Shown: piece by piece, positions 8,654 through 18,383 of the stretch
Numbering within the stretch: the stretch's first letter is position 1
How the letters are laid out: each line of letters opens with the position of its first letter
Assembly: GCA_009695405.1 (NCBI GenBank)
Contig: SIAZ01000003.1
Coordinates: 1 to 32,386 of the forward strand
Source of the DNA: Pedosphaera sp.
GTDB taxonomy: Bacteria; Verrucomicrobiota; Verrucomicrobiia; Limisphaerales; UBA9464
DNA length: 32,386 nucleotides
Direction of reading: 5' to 3'
Program-made: the position numbers and the translations under genes
Notes under the pieces: model-generated
What the model saw: only the letters and a program-made list of their open reading frames with translations
What the model was told of the DNA's origin: nothing
The model's database searches: none

Positions 8654-9928
8654 TTAAGCGCGAGGTGCCAGTTTCTTCTCCACTGGGCTCTTCACAAGGA
8701 CAGTGTACTGTGGTAGCCCGTTCTTATGCGGTATTTGAACCTGACCCTCAATCAAGGGGGAGGCGTACTCGATGAAGGCCGCATTGGGCAAGAAACCATC
8801 TTCACTGATCCACTCGCGCGGTATGAAATGTTCTACGTTGGCGATATTCTCCAGAGGTTCGAGCCCAATTTCCCATCGATAAAGAGCAGAATTCAGCCGG
8901 ACAATTTTTGGCATTAAACCAGACTTCCCACCGATAGCAGCCCGCACTGCGGCTAGGCCACAAGCAAAAGCCTCGTCTACATCCGTTTGGCTGGCATAGT
9001 GAGCAGCTGCCCGTTGAGCATAGCCCAACTTCACCGTGCGTGTTTTCAAGTTCAGTTTCCCTTGAACAAGAGTCGCCAAGGCTTCGGCAGCACCTGATAG
9101 CACAGCGTGTCCAAAGGCATCGAGACGGGCCTTGTCAGCCCCAATTTCTTCGCCTGCCTGATTCTTGACCCCTTCGCCACAGACCACGATACAATATTTA
9201 TGTTCAGCAACGGTTGCCTTCACGCGGGCAAGAAAGGCGGCTTCGTCTAGGGGAATCTCAGGCAACAAAATAATATGAGGTGCATTGGCGGGATTGCCCT
9301 GCTTCGCCAAGACCGTTCCTGCCGCAATCCAACCTGCCGCACGCCCCATCACTTCAATGATACAGCACGAACCGTCGTCGGTGGCCATGGAGCCAACATC
9401 CAATCCTATTTCAGCGACCGTGACTGCATTGTACTTGATGGCTGAACCGTAGCCTGGGCAATGGTCGGTTGCCGGAAGATCATTATCGATGGTCTTTGGA
9501 ACGCCCATCACACTCATCTCATAGCCTCGCTTGATCGCTTCCAGATGGATCTTATGAACGGTATCCTGCGAATCATTGCCGCCCGCATAGAAAAAGAAGC
9601 GGATGTTATGAGCCGCAAAGACCTCGAAAAGGCGGTCCATTTCTTGTGCTGCCTTCTCCGGCTTGTTTTTGAAATCAATCTTGTAGCGACAGGTGCCGAG
9701 CGCGGCAGCCGGCGTGTTCTTCAAGCCTTCGATGGACTTGGATAGTTCATCGTTAATGTCAATCAAGTCCTCATTGAGAATACCTAGAATGCCATTCAGG
9801 CCTCCATAGATCTCCTCAATGCATTCATGATGCCCAGCTTCGGTAATAACCCCAGCGATCGAGGCGTTAATGACACTGGTGGGGCCACCAGACTGGGCGA
9901 CGAGAAGATTTCCAATGAGTTCTGCCAT
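8654..9928 (-). CDS. pfp: 6-phosphofructokinase family, probably pyrophosphate-dependent
   Basis: QSGGPTSVIN, GGNDS, PKTIDND and EVMGRAAGW. The Asp in GGND and Lys in PKTIDND are the PPi-type signature. Start taken at MAELIGN. Confidence 0.88.
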   Translation of the reverse strand: MAELIGNLLVAQSGGPTSVINASIAGVITEAGHHECIEEIYGGLNGILGILNEDLIDINDELSKSIEGLKNTPAAALGTCRYKIDFKNKPEKAAQEMDRLFEVFAAHNIRFFFYAGGNDSQDTVHKIHLEAIKRGYEMSVMGVPKTIDNDLPATDHCPGYGSAIKYNAVTVAEIGLDVGSMATDDGSCCIIEVMGRAAGWIAAGTVLAKQGNPANAPHIILLPEIPLDEAAFLARVKATVAEHKYCIVVCGEGVKNQAGEEIGADKARLDAFGHAVLSGAAEALATLVQGKLNLKTRTVKLGYAQRAAAHYASQTDVDEAFACGLAAVRAAIGGKSGLMPKIVRLNSALYRWEIGLEPLENIANVEHFIPREWISEDGFLPNAAFIEYASPLIEGQVQIPHKNGLPQYTVLVKSPVEKKLAPRA

Positions 9929-10072
9929 ACAATTTAAGAGCGGTAAGTGTGCCTTGCCGAGGCTCGAGCGGCAAGCGGCGAATCGCAACCTTGCCCTAGC
10001 TTGCTCACTTCATTGGCGTCTTTAGCTATTTCCAACTCCCTTTCCTTGTTTTTTTTTGCACCCTTCGGCGAC

Positions 10073-11014
10073 GTGTTGAACCGCCTATTAGAATGGATAC
10101 TGACGGGATTGGTAACCGTCCTTAGGTGCCTGTCTTTGGAAACGATCGCCCAAATGGGTCGTCTTCTCGGAGGACTTGCTTGGCGGATTGATATCCGTCA
10201 CCGGAGGATCGCCGTGGAAAACATCCGGCACGCCTTTCCCGAATGGTCTCAACAACAAGTACGAGATACGGTTCGCGAAAATTTCCGGCGGATCGGCGAA
10301 GCCTATGCCTGTGCGGTTCGCATCCCAGGAATGTCCCTCGCCGAGTTGGGAGATCGAATCGAGTACGTCGGGCTGAAGAGTTGCCTCCCGCCCTTGGGGC
10401 AAAATTTAGTGGTCGCCAGTGGCCACTTCGGCAACTTCGACCTTTTAAGTCTATCCGCTCAAATTATCCCCGACCGACATTCAGCCACCACGTATCGTGC
10501 CCAAGGTGTCAAAGCCTTGGAAACTGTCTTCCAAGGGCTTCGCGAACGCACCGGGGTTCAATTCTTTGAACGTCGCCAAGGAGTGGTAGCGATGAGAAAT
10601 CTGTTTAAATCTGGCAATGTTATTTTGGCACTTTTCGCCGATCAACACGGTGGAGCTCACGGACTCTGGTTGCCATTGCTCGGTCGGCCTTGCTCTTGCA
10701 GTACCTCTGCTGCAGTTATCGCGCTGCGCTATCGAGCCACATTAACTACGAGCTTTTGCTTCCGCACCCGCTTGGCAGGTTGGCGCATCGAATGTGGCCC
10801 AAACATTCCGACACACACGCCCGATGGCCTTGAACGGAGTGTTGAAGAAATCACTCGCGATATTGTTGTTGCCTACGAAGTGGCTATCCGCCGCGATCCA
10901 GCCAACTGGTTTTGGGTTCATCGCCGATGGAAACCGCGTTCACAGCACCAAAGCCTATCGCCGCCTCCGATCGATCCGAATCAATCCTCGAATCTCTCGG
11001 AGACAAAGCCTTGA
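10073..11014 (+). CDS. Lipid A late acyltransferase (LpxL/HtrB family)
   Basis: HX4D motif GHFGNFD, ADQH and PANWFWVHRRWK. Lies directly upstream of waaF. The GTG start is inferred. Confidence 0.88.
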   Translation: MLNRLLEWILTGLVTVLRCLSLETIAQMGRLLGGLAWRIDIRHRRIAVENIRHAFPEWSQQQVRDTVRENFRRIGEAYACAVRIPGMSLAELGDRIEYVGLKSCLPPLGQNLVVASGHFGNFDLLSLSAQIIPDRHSATTYRAQGVKALETVFQGLRERTGVQFFERRQGVVAMRNLFKSGNVILALFADQHGGAHGLWLPLLGRPCSCSTSAAVIALRYRATLTTSFCFRTRLAGWRIECGPNIPTHTPDGLERSVEEITRDIVVAYEVAIRRDPANWFWVHRRWKPRSQHQSLSPPPIDPNQSSNLSETKP

Positions 11015-12123
11015 AAACGACTCTTACCCAGCCAAATCGGATTCTTGTCCGCAGTGTCAACTGGCTTGGCGATGCAGTGATGTCAACCCCAGCTTTACTC
11101 CGTCTTCGTCAACACTTTCCTTCGGCCCATATAGGTCTTCTCTGTCACAAAAAACTAGCCGAACTCTGGATCGATCACCCCGCTGTCGATGCGGTGCTTT
11201 CTTTTGAAGACCGAGAATCGCCTCGATCGATCGGCAGACGGTTGCGAAGTGAAAAATTCGATCTGGCTCTCCTTTTTCCAAATTCATTTCGTTCGGCTTT
11301 AGAAGCTTTTATTGCTGGTATCCCTCAGAGGATCGGTAGTCGCTCCGGCCTGCGTCGATGGCTTTTAACTACGGCTGTTTCCGCCGCCCCAGAAGTCATC
11401 CGATTAAAAAAACGATCAAAAGCAGAAATTCTGAGACGGATCACCCACTCATCCCAGGCAGAACCTTCCATTCCGTTGGGCTCCCATCAACTGCATCATT
11501 ACCTCCGAATTGTCGCCGCTGTCGGCGCTTCGGCTCTCCCCTTACCCCCGCATTTGACCGTCGCCGCTCGTGATCGGACTGAAGCCACGGCGGAGGGTCT
11601 TCGTTCCACTTTAGGACGACGCGTTGTAGGACTAAACGCGGGAGCAGAATACGGTCCGGCTAAACGTTGGCCTGTGGCCCGATTCGCTGAAGCTGCCAAC
11701 CGACTTCATTCTCTTACAGGCTGTCATTTCCTAGTGTTTGGCGGGCCAGCCGATATCTCGATTGCTAATGAACTTCGAGGTCAAATCCACTCGGCACCGG
11801 TTACTGTCTTGGCCGGTAAAACGACCCTGCGCCAACTAATGGCACGCTTAGAATGCTGCGATGTACTGATCACTAACGACACTGGCCCGATGCACCTTGC
11901 AGCCGCCTTGGGAGTTCCGGTGGTGGTCCCATTCGGCAGCACTTCACCCGAACTGACTGGGCCCGGCAATCCTGGGGATCCACGCCATACCTTGATTAAA
12001 AGTGACGCTGCTTGCGCCCCTTGCTTCCAGCGGCACTGCCCAGTCGATTTCCGCTGCATGACCCAAATTTCCATCGATGTCGTGGTGGATGCCACAGCGC
12101 GATGTTTAGGTCGTCTCGACTGA
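11011..12123 (+). CDS. waaF: LPS heptosyltransferase II (GT9)
   Basis: NWLGDAVMSTPAL, GAEYGPAKRWP, TNDTGPMHLAAALG, FGSTSPELTGP and CAPCFQRHCP. The TTG start overlaps the upstream TGA. Confidence 0.92.
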   Translation: MKTTLTQPNRILVRSVNWLGDAVMSTPALLRLRQHFPSAHIGLLCHKKLAELWIDHPAVDAVLSFEDRESPRSIGRRLRSEKFDLALLFPNSFRSALEAFIAGIPQRIGSRSGLRRWLLTTAVSAAPEVIRLKKRSKAEILRRITHSSQAEPSIPLGSHQLHHYLRIVAAVGASALPLPPHLTVAARDRTEATAEGLRSTLGRRVVGLNAGAEYGPAKRWPVARFAEAANRLHSLTGCHFLVFGGPADISIANELRGQIHSAPVTVLAGKTTLRQLMARLECCDVLITNDTGPMHLAAALGVPVVVPFGSTSPELTGPGNPGDPRHTLIKSDAACAPCFQRHCPVDFRCMTQISIDVVVDATARCLGRLD

Positions 12124-12177
12124 ATCAGCTTCTTCTGTGGCTTTACAAAAAAAAGCAGCGTCATACCCTCCACCTCT

Positions 12178-12486
12178 GTGCCCCTCAAAGCGCAACAGTT
12201 CGACAAAGAAATCCAGACGGCTCTGCGCAGCTACAACCGCCACATTGTTTGTATCGAACAAGTCCCCGACGATGCTGAGGAAGCTCTACGTTCTCTTATG
12301 AGTAAAGCAATCCGTGCTTTCGAAGGTCGAGAAACAGGGATGCGACATGGCATCGCCCTGAATCGACTGATCACGGTCATTCTAAGTCAATCTGATACCA
12401 CGCGCCCTCATTGCGGTATTTATTTTAATCTCCACTCTCCTTACGCCAAAAAAGCGGCAGCCAAAGTTATTCCATCGGGTTCTTGA
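12178..12486 (+). CDS. Small hypothetical protein
   Basis: A 102-aa ORF filling the gap, co-oriented with its neighbours and of globular composition. No family recognised. Confidence 0.65.
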   Translation: MPLKAQQFDKEIQTALRSYNRHIVCIEQVPDDAEEALRSLMSKAIRAFEGRETGMRHGIALNRLITVILSQSDTTRPHCGIYFNLHSPYAKKAAAKVIPSGS

Positions 12487-12667
12487 ACAGTCGAAACCGC
12501 TGGCTTCGCTTAAGCCTCTCCATCGCCCCTATTAAAAATAGCGCGATTAGTCCCCTTCTCTCACTTGAACGGACACCAAGGGATGACCCCAAGGTCACTT
12601 TGTTTATTCCTTCAACTTTCTTATCTTAACCAGCCCAGCGTGTCTCAGCGCAAAAGTTAAAGATGAA

Positions 12668-13582
12668 ATGGCGATTTGGTTGGCTACATCCTCAACTGCT
12701 TGGAAACCCTGCGATCCGAGTTCTATGGTTCCTCGTTTTTTAAAACGTACTGCCCAATGGAGTTTCGGCGTACGCTGGATAAATCGTGTCTTCGAAAAAA
12801 ACAAAAAATACTCGCCGCTTTTTACTTTGAAACACGCTGTCTTATTTTTTGTCTTGTGCACCTTTGTTTTAGCTTGGCCTGACGTTTTCTTGGGCACTGC
12901 TCAGACCCAACCCACCGACACAGTTGCTGTCGATCTTGGAGTGAGCAAAGTCCAAAATTTAGCCCTCGATTTAGCTCGGTCACGCAGTATCGCTACCCAT
13001 CAACTCTCTTCTAATGAGTCGGGATTCATTTCACTTTTTAACGGACGAGATCTGACGGGCTGGCAAGGATCCGGTTGGACTGTCGAGGACGGCCTTCTTA
13101 TCTGCCACGGAGGCTTCCTAACCTGTTCAAATCGACAGTTTACCAACTTTATTATCCGATTCGAAGTGAAGCTTTCCTCGGGTGCTAACAACGGCCTCAA
13201 TTTCAGATCAAAAAACTCCCTGTGGAACGAGATCCAAATCATCGATGAGACCCATCCAGCGTATGCAACGATCCATGATTATCAGGCACATGGGTCACTT
13301 TACGGTGTGGTAGCGGCTCGACGCGGCTTCTGTAAACCTCTCGGGGAATGGAATATCCACGAACTAATCGCTAACGGTTCACATATCCAAGTCACCCTGA
13401 ATGGAACGAAAATTGTGGATGCAGATATAGGCAATCTCGACCTAGACAACTGCAAGGATGGGACCGCTCATCCAGGGTTACGCAACGCCTCCGGCGATCT
13501 AGGTTGGTTGGGTCACCCCAATGCTAAGGAAAAGAAAAGCCCTGTCTATTTCAGAAATATTCGCCTCAAACAACTCCCCTAA
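12668..13582 (+). CDS. DUF1080 (3-keto-disaccharide hydrolase) domain protein, probably exported
   Basis: GFISLFNGRDLTGW, ANNGL, EIQIID, GSLYG, GEWN and VYFRNIRLKQL. Hydrophobic segment near the N-terminus. Start uncertain. Confidence 0.88.
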   Translation: MAIWLATSSTAWKPCDPSSMVPRFLKRTAQWSFGVRWINRVFEKNKKYSPLFTLKHAVLFFVLCTFVLAWPDVFLGTAQTQPTDTVAVDLGVSKVQNLALDLARSRSIATHQLSSNESGFISLFNGRDLTGWQGSGWTVEDGLLICHGGFLTCSNRQFTNFIIRFEVKLSSGANNGLNFRSKNSLWNEIQIIDETHPAYATIHDYQAHGSLYGVVAARRGFCKPLGEWNIHELIANGSHIQVTLNGTKIVDADIGNLDLDNCKDGTAHPGLRNASGDLGWLGHPNAKEKKSPVYFRNIRLKQLP

Positions 13583-13691
13583 ATAGAGTCTTTAAAATCC
13601 ATTGATCACTCTTCTACTCGGCCTCTAGAAGGTGTCTAAATCGACTGAGAGCGCCTGCCCATTAGTTTATTCCACTTTATCTTCGACTACT

Positions 13692-15341
13692 ATGTTTGTT
13701 GCCAAACTTCTCCGTATTCTTGTGGCGATTGCACACCTCTTACCCCTAGCCTCACCAGCTGCTGAAGTAGTTAAGCCGACAAAAGTCTACATTTTTGCAG
13801 GTCAATCCAACATGGAGGGAGCCGATGCTCACCCTAAACTCATCGATAGCTATCCGCTTTTCAAAGGTTCGGGCACGCCGCAAACGAATGTCCTCTTCAC
13901 CTCGCTTCCCAGCCAAGGTCAAGGCGGTTTCGAAGGATGGGGTCCACTTCAACCCCTCCACTCTTTTGGATCCGAACTCACCTTTGCGCGCCTGTTAAAA
14001 CAGCGAGATAAGTCTCCTATCGCTATTATTAAGTCAGCGGTCGGCGGTACTACACTCGCCTACGACTGGAATCCTGCGGCCCCCGCTAAAGGCCAGAAGC
14101 TTTATCCGAGAACCCTTCAGCTCATTCAAGAGTCACTTCACGATCTGGAAAAACGGGGACTGGCCTATCGACTCGAGGGGGTAATGTGGCATCAAGGCGA
14201 AAACGATATGCTGGATAGGAACCTTAATACCCAGTACGCCAAAGGACTCGACCAACTCATCCGTCAACTTCGAAAGGATCTCCATGCGCCGGCCTTAAAA
14301 TGGTTCATTGCTGAAGTCAGCGAGAAAGGAATCTGGGGTATGGATAATCGCCAAAATCTCGCTATTCTCCGCCAGCAGCAGGACCAAGTGATCAAAGCGG
14401 ATCCCCTCCTCCACTGGGTGCCAACCTCTCACCTTGCTTTTGAAGTCATGCAGAGCGGCCAACCCCATTATCATTTCGGAACTCAGGGCCAATTACAGAT
14501 GGGCGAAGGGTTTGCAAGGGCCTATCTACAGAGCCTAGGCAAGAAGCCAATTGAGACAGGAGCGCCCCTCAAAAATCGCCTTTTGAATCCAAAAACACGT
14601 GTTCGACTCTTCGTACTCGCGGGTCAACGAACGATGGAAGGTGAAGATACCTCTGTCGCAGATATTTCCAAGAGTCCGGACTTTAATCACCTCATATCCC
14701 CCCAGAAAAATGTTCTCTTCCGTTATTCGCTCGGAGGTCGGGTGAAGGTCTCGCAGACATGGGAACCTCTTGGGCCGGTTGATTTTCTCGGCAACTTCGG
14801 GCCTGAATTGAGCTTTGGGGCGCTTCTTAGAAAATCACTCAACACCAAGGAGGGGCTGGCCCTTGTGAAATTCACCCACAGCGGTGCTCAAGGACCCGAT
14901 TGGTTCCCTAGCGGTTCACCCGAAGCGCGTCGCGATCTTTATCCTCACTTTATCTCCTTTATCCGTGCAGCCCTCGAAGATCTAAATCGGCAAGGGTACG
15001 AACCTTCCTTGGAAGGGATCTTCTGGCATACCGGAGAAAACGACACCTACTTTGGTCCGTACCAGAGGAAAAACGCCACTTGGATGAAGGCGCTTATTAC
15101 TCAAATGCGACTCGATCTTCAGAAACCTTTTCTGCCTTGGTTTATTTCCGAACAACATCCCGCCGCTCTTTGGCGCAATATGGAATCCGTCAATGCGGAC
15201 CTCAACATGATGGCGCAGTCTGAACAAAACATCGTCCTTATTAAAACGGGTTTCCTACCTTTTAAACGCCCGCACTTTGGAACCCAAGGCACACTTTTAT
15301 TGGGTGAAGAAATGGCAAAAGCCTACCTTCAGCGCCAGTAA
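13692..15341 (+). CDS. Sialate O-acetylesterase (SASA/DUF303, SGNH) protein with two tandem domains
   Basis: Signal peptide. Domain 1 has AGQSNMEG, FGSELTF, WHQGEND and HF. Domain 2 has AGQRTMEG, FGPELSF, WHTGEND and PHF. Confidence 0.85.
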   Translation: MFVAKLLRILVAIAHLLPLASPAAEVVKPTKVYIFAGQSNMEGADAHPKLIDSYPLFKGSGTPQTNVLFTSLPSQGQGGFEGWGPLQPLHSFGSELTFARLLKQRDKSPIAIIKSAVGGTTLAYDWNPAAPAKGQKLYPRTLQLIQESLHDLEKRGLAYRLEGVMWHQGENDMLDRNLNTQYAKGLDQLIRQLRKDLHAPALKWFIAEVSEKGIWGMDNRQNLAILRQQQDQVIKADPLLHWVPTSHLAFEVMQSGQPHYHFGTQGQLQMGEGFARAYLQSLGKKPIETGAPLKNRLLNPKTRVRLFVLAGQRTMEGEDTSVADISKSPDFNHLISPQKNVLFRYSLGGRVKVSQTWEPLGPVDFLGNFGPELSFGALLRKSLNTKEGLALVKFTHSGAQGPDWFPSGSPEARRDLYPHFISFIRAALEDLNRQGYEPSLEGIFWHTGENDTYFGPYQRKNATWMKALITQMRLDLQKPFLPWFISEQHPAALWRNMESVNADLNMMAQSEQNIVLIKTGFLPFKRPHFGTQGTLLLGEEMAKAYLQRQ

Positions 15342-15499
15342 TTATCCCCGCCCTTCAGAGTTTTAAAGCAGTCGGTTTGAATGTCGCTGTCGCTGCTTCA
15401 ACGACTCCTAGCTCAATGGGGCATCCGTTGCTTTCGGCTTGTCGGAGGTTCCAAAGAAGTTCCCCACCCTGAATCAACCCAGAGAGGGCAAACCGGATA

Positions 15500-16795
15500 T
15501 TAAGAGGCCCAAACCGATCCGTTTGGAAATTGAAATTTCTCGACACTGACCGGCACCATCTCAGTGCTAAATCCAGGGCGTTGTGGCGCTAAATAACGCG
15601 CTGAACGAATCTCACAAGGATCGGTAAAGTGCTCATGCAAATGATCCACAAACTCACACACTCGACCCTCCCAAGATCCGCTGACGGAGGTAAAGTCGAT
15701 CATACTAATGTGCTGAACAAATTCGCAAAGCCCCACTCCACCGGCGTGTGGACACACTGGGACTCCAAACTTTGCAGCCATCAGAAGCACCGCTAAATTT
15801 TCATTTAAACCGCCCAATCGACACGAATCCACTTGGCAAAAAGAAATAGCCCGAGCCTGCAACAATTGTTTGAAAAGAATCCGATTCATTCCGTGCTCAC
15901 CGGTCGCCACACCTATACCCAATGGTTCCATTGCCCGAGCAATCGTTGCATGCCCCAAAATATCGTCGGGCGAAGTGGGTTCTTCAATCCACCACGGTTT
16001 GAATGGAGCCAATTCAGTCATCCACGCAATCGCCTCAGGCACCTCCCAAACTTGATTCGCATCCACCATTAGCTTTCGGTCCCATCCGATTTCCTCGCGA
16101 ATCAGGGCAAGCCGACGAATATCATCCGCACGATCGCGGCCTACCTTCACCTTAATATGATTCCAACCCTCAGCGACCGCTTCACGGCATAATCGACGAA
16201 TCTTATCATCTGGATACCCCAACCAACCGGCACTGGTGGTGTAGGCTGGATACCCTTTCTCTTCCAATTCTTTGATTCGTGCGACTTTTGCTGGTTCCGC
16301 CGCTCGCAGTAATGCCAAGGCTTCCTCGGGAGTAATCGCATCGGTGATGTAACGAAAATCGACACAAGCGACAAACGCTTCAGGTGTCAAACAACTCACC
16401 AACTTCCAGACCGGGACCCCCTCAAATCGCGCATACAAATCCCAAAGTGCATTAACAATTGCTGCCATAGCAATGTGAACGGCTCCCTTGTCTGGCCCGA
16501 TCCATCGCAGTTGAGAATCCCCATTTAACCGCCGCCAAACCTGTCCCGGCGAGGCCATAAACTCTTCTAGGGTCAATCCCACTACCAAATGCTCATGAGC
16601 CATGACTGCAGCGCAAACAACATTGTTTCCCCGCCCAATGGTGAAGGTGGAACCATAGCCTTTTAAGGCACCATCGGTGTGCAAAATAACGTAAGCCGAC
16701 GAGTAGTCTGGATCCGGATTCATCGCGTCAGAACCGTCCAAATCTCGTGAGGTGGGAAACCGGACGTCACAAACTTCAAGTCGTACAATGCGCAT
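15500..16795 (-). CDS. fucD: L-fuconate dehydratase (enolase superfamily, rTSbeta-like)
   Basis: DVRFPTSRDLDGSDAMNPDPDYS, AYTTSAGWLGY, KVKVG, VDANQ, IEEP, TGEH and CPHAGGVGLCE. Confidence 0.9.
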   Translation of the reverse strand: MRIVRLEVCDVRFPTSRDLDGSDAMNPDPDYSSAYVILHTDGALKGYGSTFTIGRGNNVVCAAVMAHEHLVVGLTLEEFMASPGQVWRRLNGDSQLRWIGPDKGAVHIAMAAIVNALWDLYARFEGVPVWKLVSCLTPEAFVACVDFRYITDAITPEEALALLRAAEPAKVARIKELEEKGYPAYTTSAGWLGYPDDKIRRLCREAVAEGWNHIKVKVGRDRADDIRRLALIREEIGWDRKLMVDANQVWEVPEAIAWMTELAPFKPWWIEEPTSPDDILGHATIARAMEPLGIGVATGEHGMNRILFKQLLQARAISFCQVDSCRLGGLNENLAVLLMAAKFGVPVCPHAGGVGLCEFVQHISMIDFTSVSGSWEGRVCEFVDHLHEHFTDPCEIRSARYLAPQRPGFSTEMVPVSVEKFQFPNGSVWAS

Positions 16796-16967
16796 AGTCT
16801 AAGGTCTGGAATACGAGGATGGCCGTCTCAGAGTCAAATGCCAAGCTCTCCGACTTTTTGGCGCTCCAAATTGAGACAGTTCTGAGACTCTTCAACCTTC
16901 TTTAACACCAAACCTCATCTTGGAGCTTTTACACTTCAATCAAATTACTTACCAAAGCACTCAACCC

Positions 16968-18254
16968 ATGGCTCGTAAAACGATGTTGCTGAAGAAAAGC
17001 CGACGAATCCAAACCACTTTTGAGTTCGCTAGAGACGCTTATGCCGAACTGGGCATCGACGTCGCACAGACCCTAACTCGACTTCGGACTCTGCCCATCT
17101 CCCTCCACTGTTGGCAGGGGGACGACGTCGGCGGATTCGAGGGAGCAGGTAATTCGCTGAGCGGAGGGATCGCTGTCACCGGTAATTATTTTGGCAAGGC
17201 AAGAAACGTTGAGGAATTACGCTCGGATTTAGAACAGGCTCTCGCACTGATCCCCGGTAAACAGCGTCTGAATCTTCATGCCTGCTACGGGGAGTTCGGC
17301 GGTAAAAAAGTGGATCGTAATGAAATCACTCCTGAACATTTCACCGGGTGGATCGAGTGGGCTAAAGTTCATAATCTCGGCCTCGATTTTAATCCTACTT
17401 GCTTTGCACACCCCAACTCTAACGACGGTTTTACTCTTTCGCATCAGGACAAAGGCATCCGTGAATTCTGGATCGAGCACTGTCGTAGGTCGCGTGAAAT
17501 TGGAGCGGCGATGGGTAAAGCTCTTGGGACACCTTGCATCACCAATGTGTGGGTCCCCGATGGCTTCAAGGAGACACCCGCTGACCGTTTAGCGCCTCGC
17601 CAACGACTGGCAGAGTCCCTTGATGCGGTTTTTAAAAAGAAGCTTCCTGCAACTGATAACCTCGATGCTGTTGAACCAAAGCTCTTCGGAATCGGTGCGG
17701 AAAGTTGCACCATTGGTTCCCACGAATTTTACCTCGGATACGCTATTACTCGCCGCAAATTGCTCTGCCTCGATGCTGGGCATTTTCATCCCACAGAAAG
17801 CGTTGCCGACAAAATTTCTAGCCTTCTACTTTATTTACCAAAAATTCTGCTTCACGTCAGTCGTGGAGTTCGCTGGGACAGCGATCATGTGGTCACCTTC
17901 ACCGACGAACTCCAATCTATGGCGCGTGAAATAATCGCCCACGACCCCGCCAACCGTATCCACCTTGGTCTCGACTATTTTGACGCCAGTATCAATCGAA
18001 TTGCCGCTTGGGTCATCGGTACGCGTAACTTGCTGCGGGCACTGTTGGTTGCTTTGCTCGAACCATCGGCCATTCGCGCCGCCGAGTTGAGGGGAGACAA
18101 CACCTCCCGTCTGGCCCTCCAAGAAGAGGCTCGTGCCCTCCCCTTCGGTGCTGTCTGGGATTACTACTGCGAGACCCAAGGCGTCCCTGTCGGTCCTGCA
18201 TGGCTCGAGGAAGTAAAGTCTTATGAGAAACGTGTTTTAATCCAACGGATCTAG
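16968..18254 (+). CDS. rhaA: L-rhamnose isomerase
   Basis: [56 protein letters not shown] and [15 protein letters not shown]. Confidence 0.95.
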   Translation: MARKTMLLKKSRRIQTTFEFARDAYAELGIDVAQTLTRLRTLPISLHCWQGDDVGGFEGAGNSLSGGIAVTGNYFGKARNVEELRSDLEQALALIPGKQRLNLHACYGEFGGKKVDRNEITPEHFTGWIEWAKVHNLGLDFNPTCFAHPNSNDGFTLSHQDKGIREFWIEHCRRSREIGAAMGKALGTPCITNVWVPDGFKETPADRLAPRQRLAESLDAVFKKKLPATDNLDAVEPKLFGIGAESCTIGSHEFYLGYAITRRKLLCLDAGHFHPTESVADKISSLLLYLPKILLHVSRGVRWDSDHVVTFTDELQSMAREIIAHDPANRIHLGLDYFDASINRIAAWVIGTRNLLRALLVALLEPSAIRAAELRGDNTSRLALQEEARALPFGAVWDYYCETQGVPVGPAWLEEVKSYEKRVLIQRI

Positions 18255-18383
18255 GTGCTACTTCATTTAACGCACTTCAAAATGACCCTCAGATTCTTGT
18301 CTTCTATCTCTCCGATTTGGGGCTCACTTATTACAAGCGCACTGACCTTGAGTCTCGATTGAACCCTGCTGAAATCTACGACT

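Noticed and set aside
15401-15460. tRNA-like start CTCCTAGCTCAATGG
   Set aside because: No GTTCRA T-loop, no matching acceptor stem and no cloverleaf.
18282-18362. 26-codon ORF (MTLRFLSSISPIWG...) between rhaA and the ATPase as a deleted-gene remnant
   Set aside because: Too short, with no resemblance to rhaB or rhaD.
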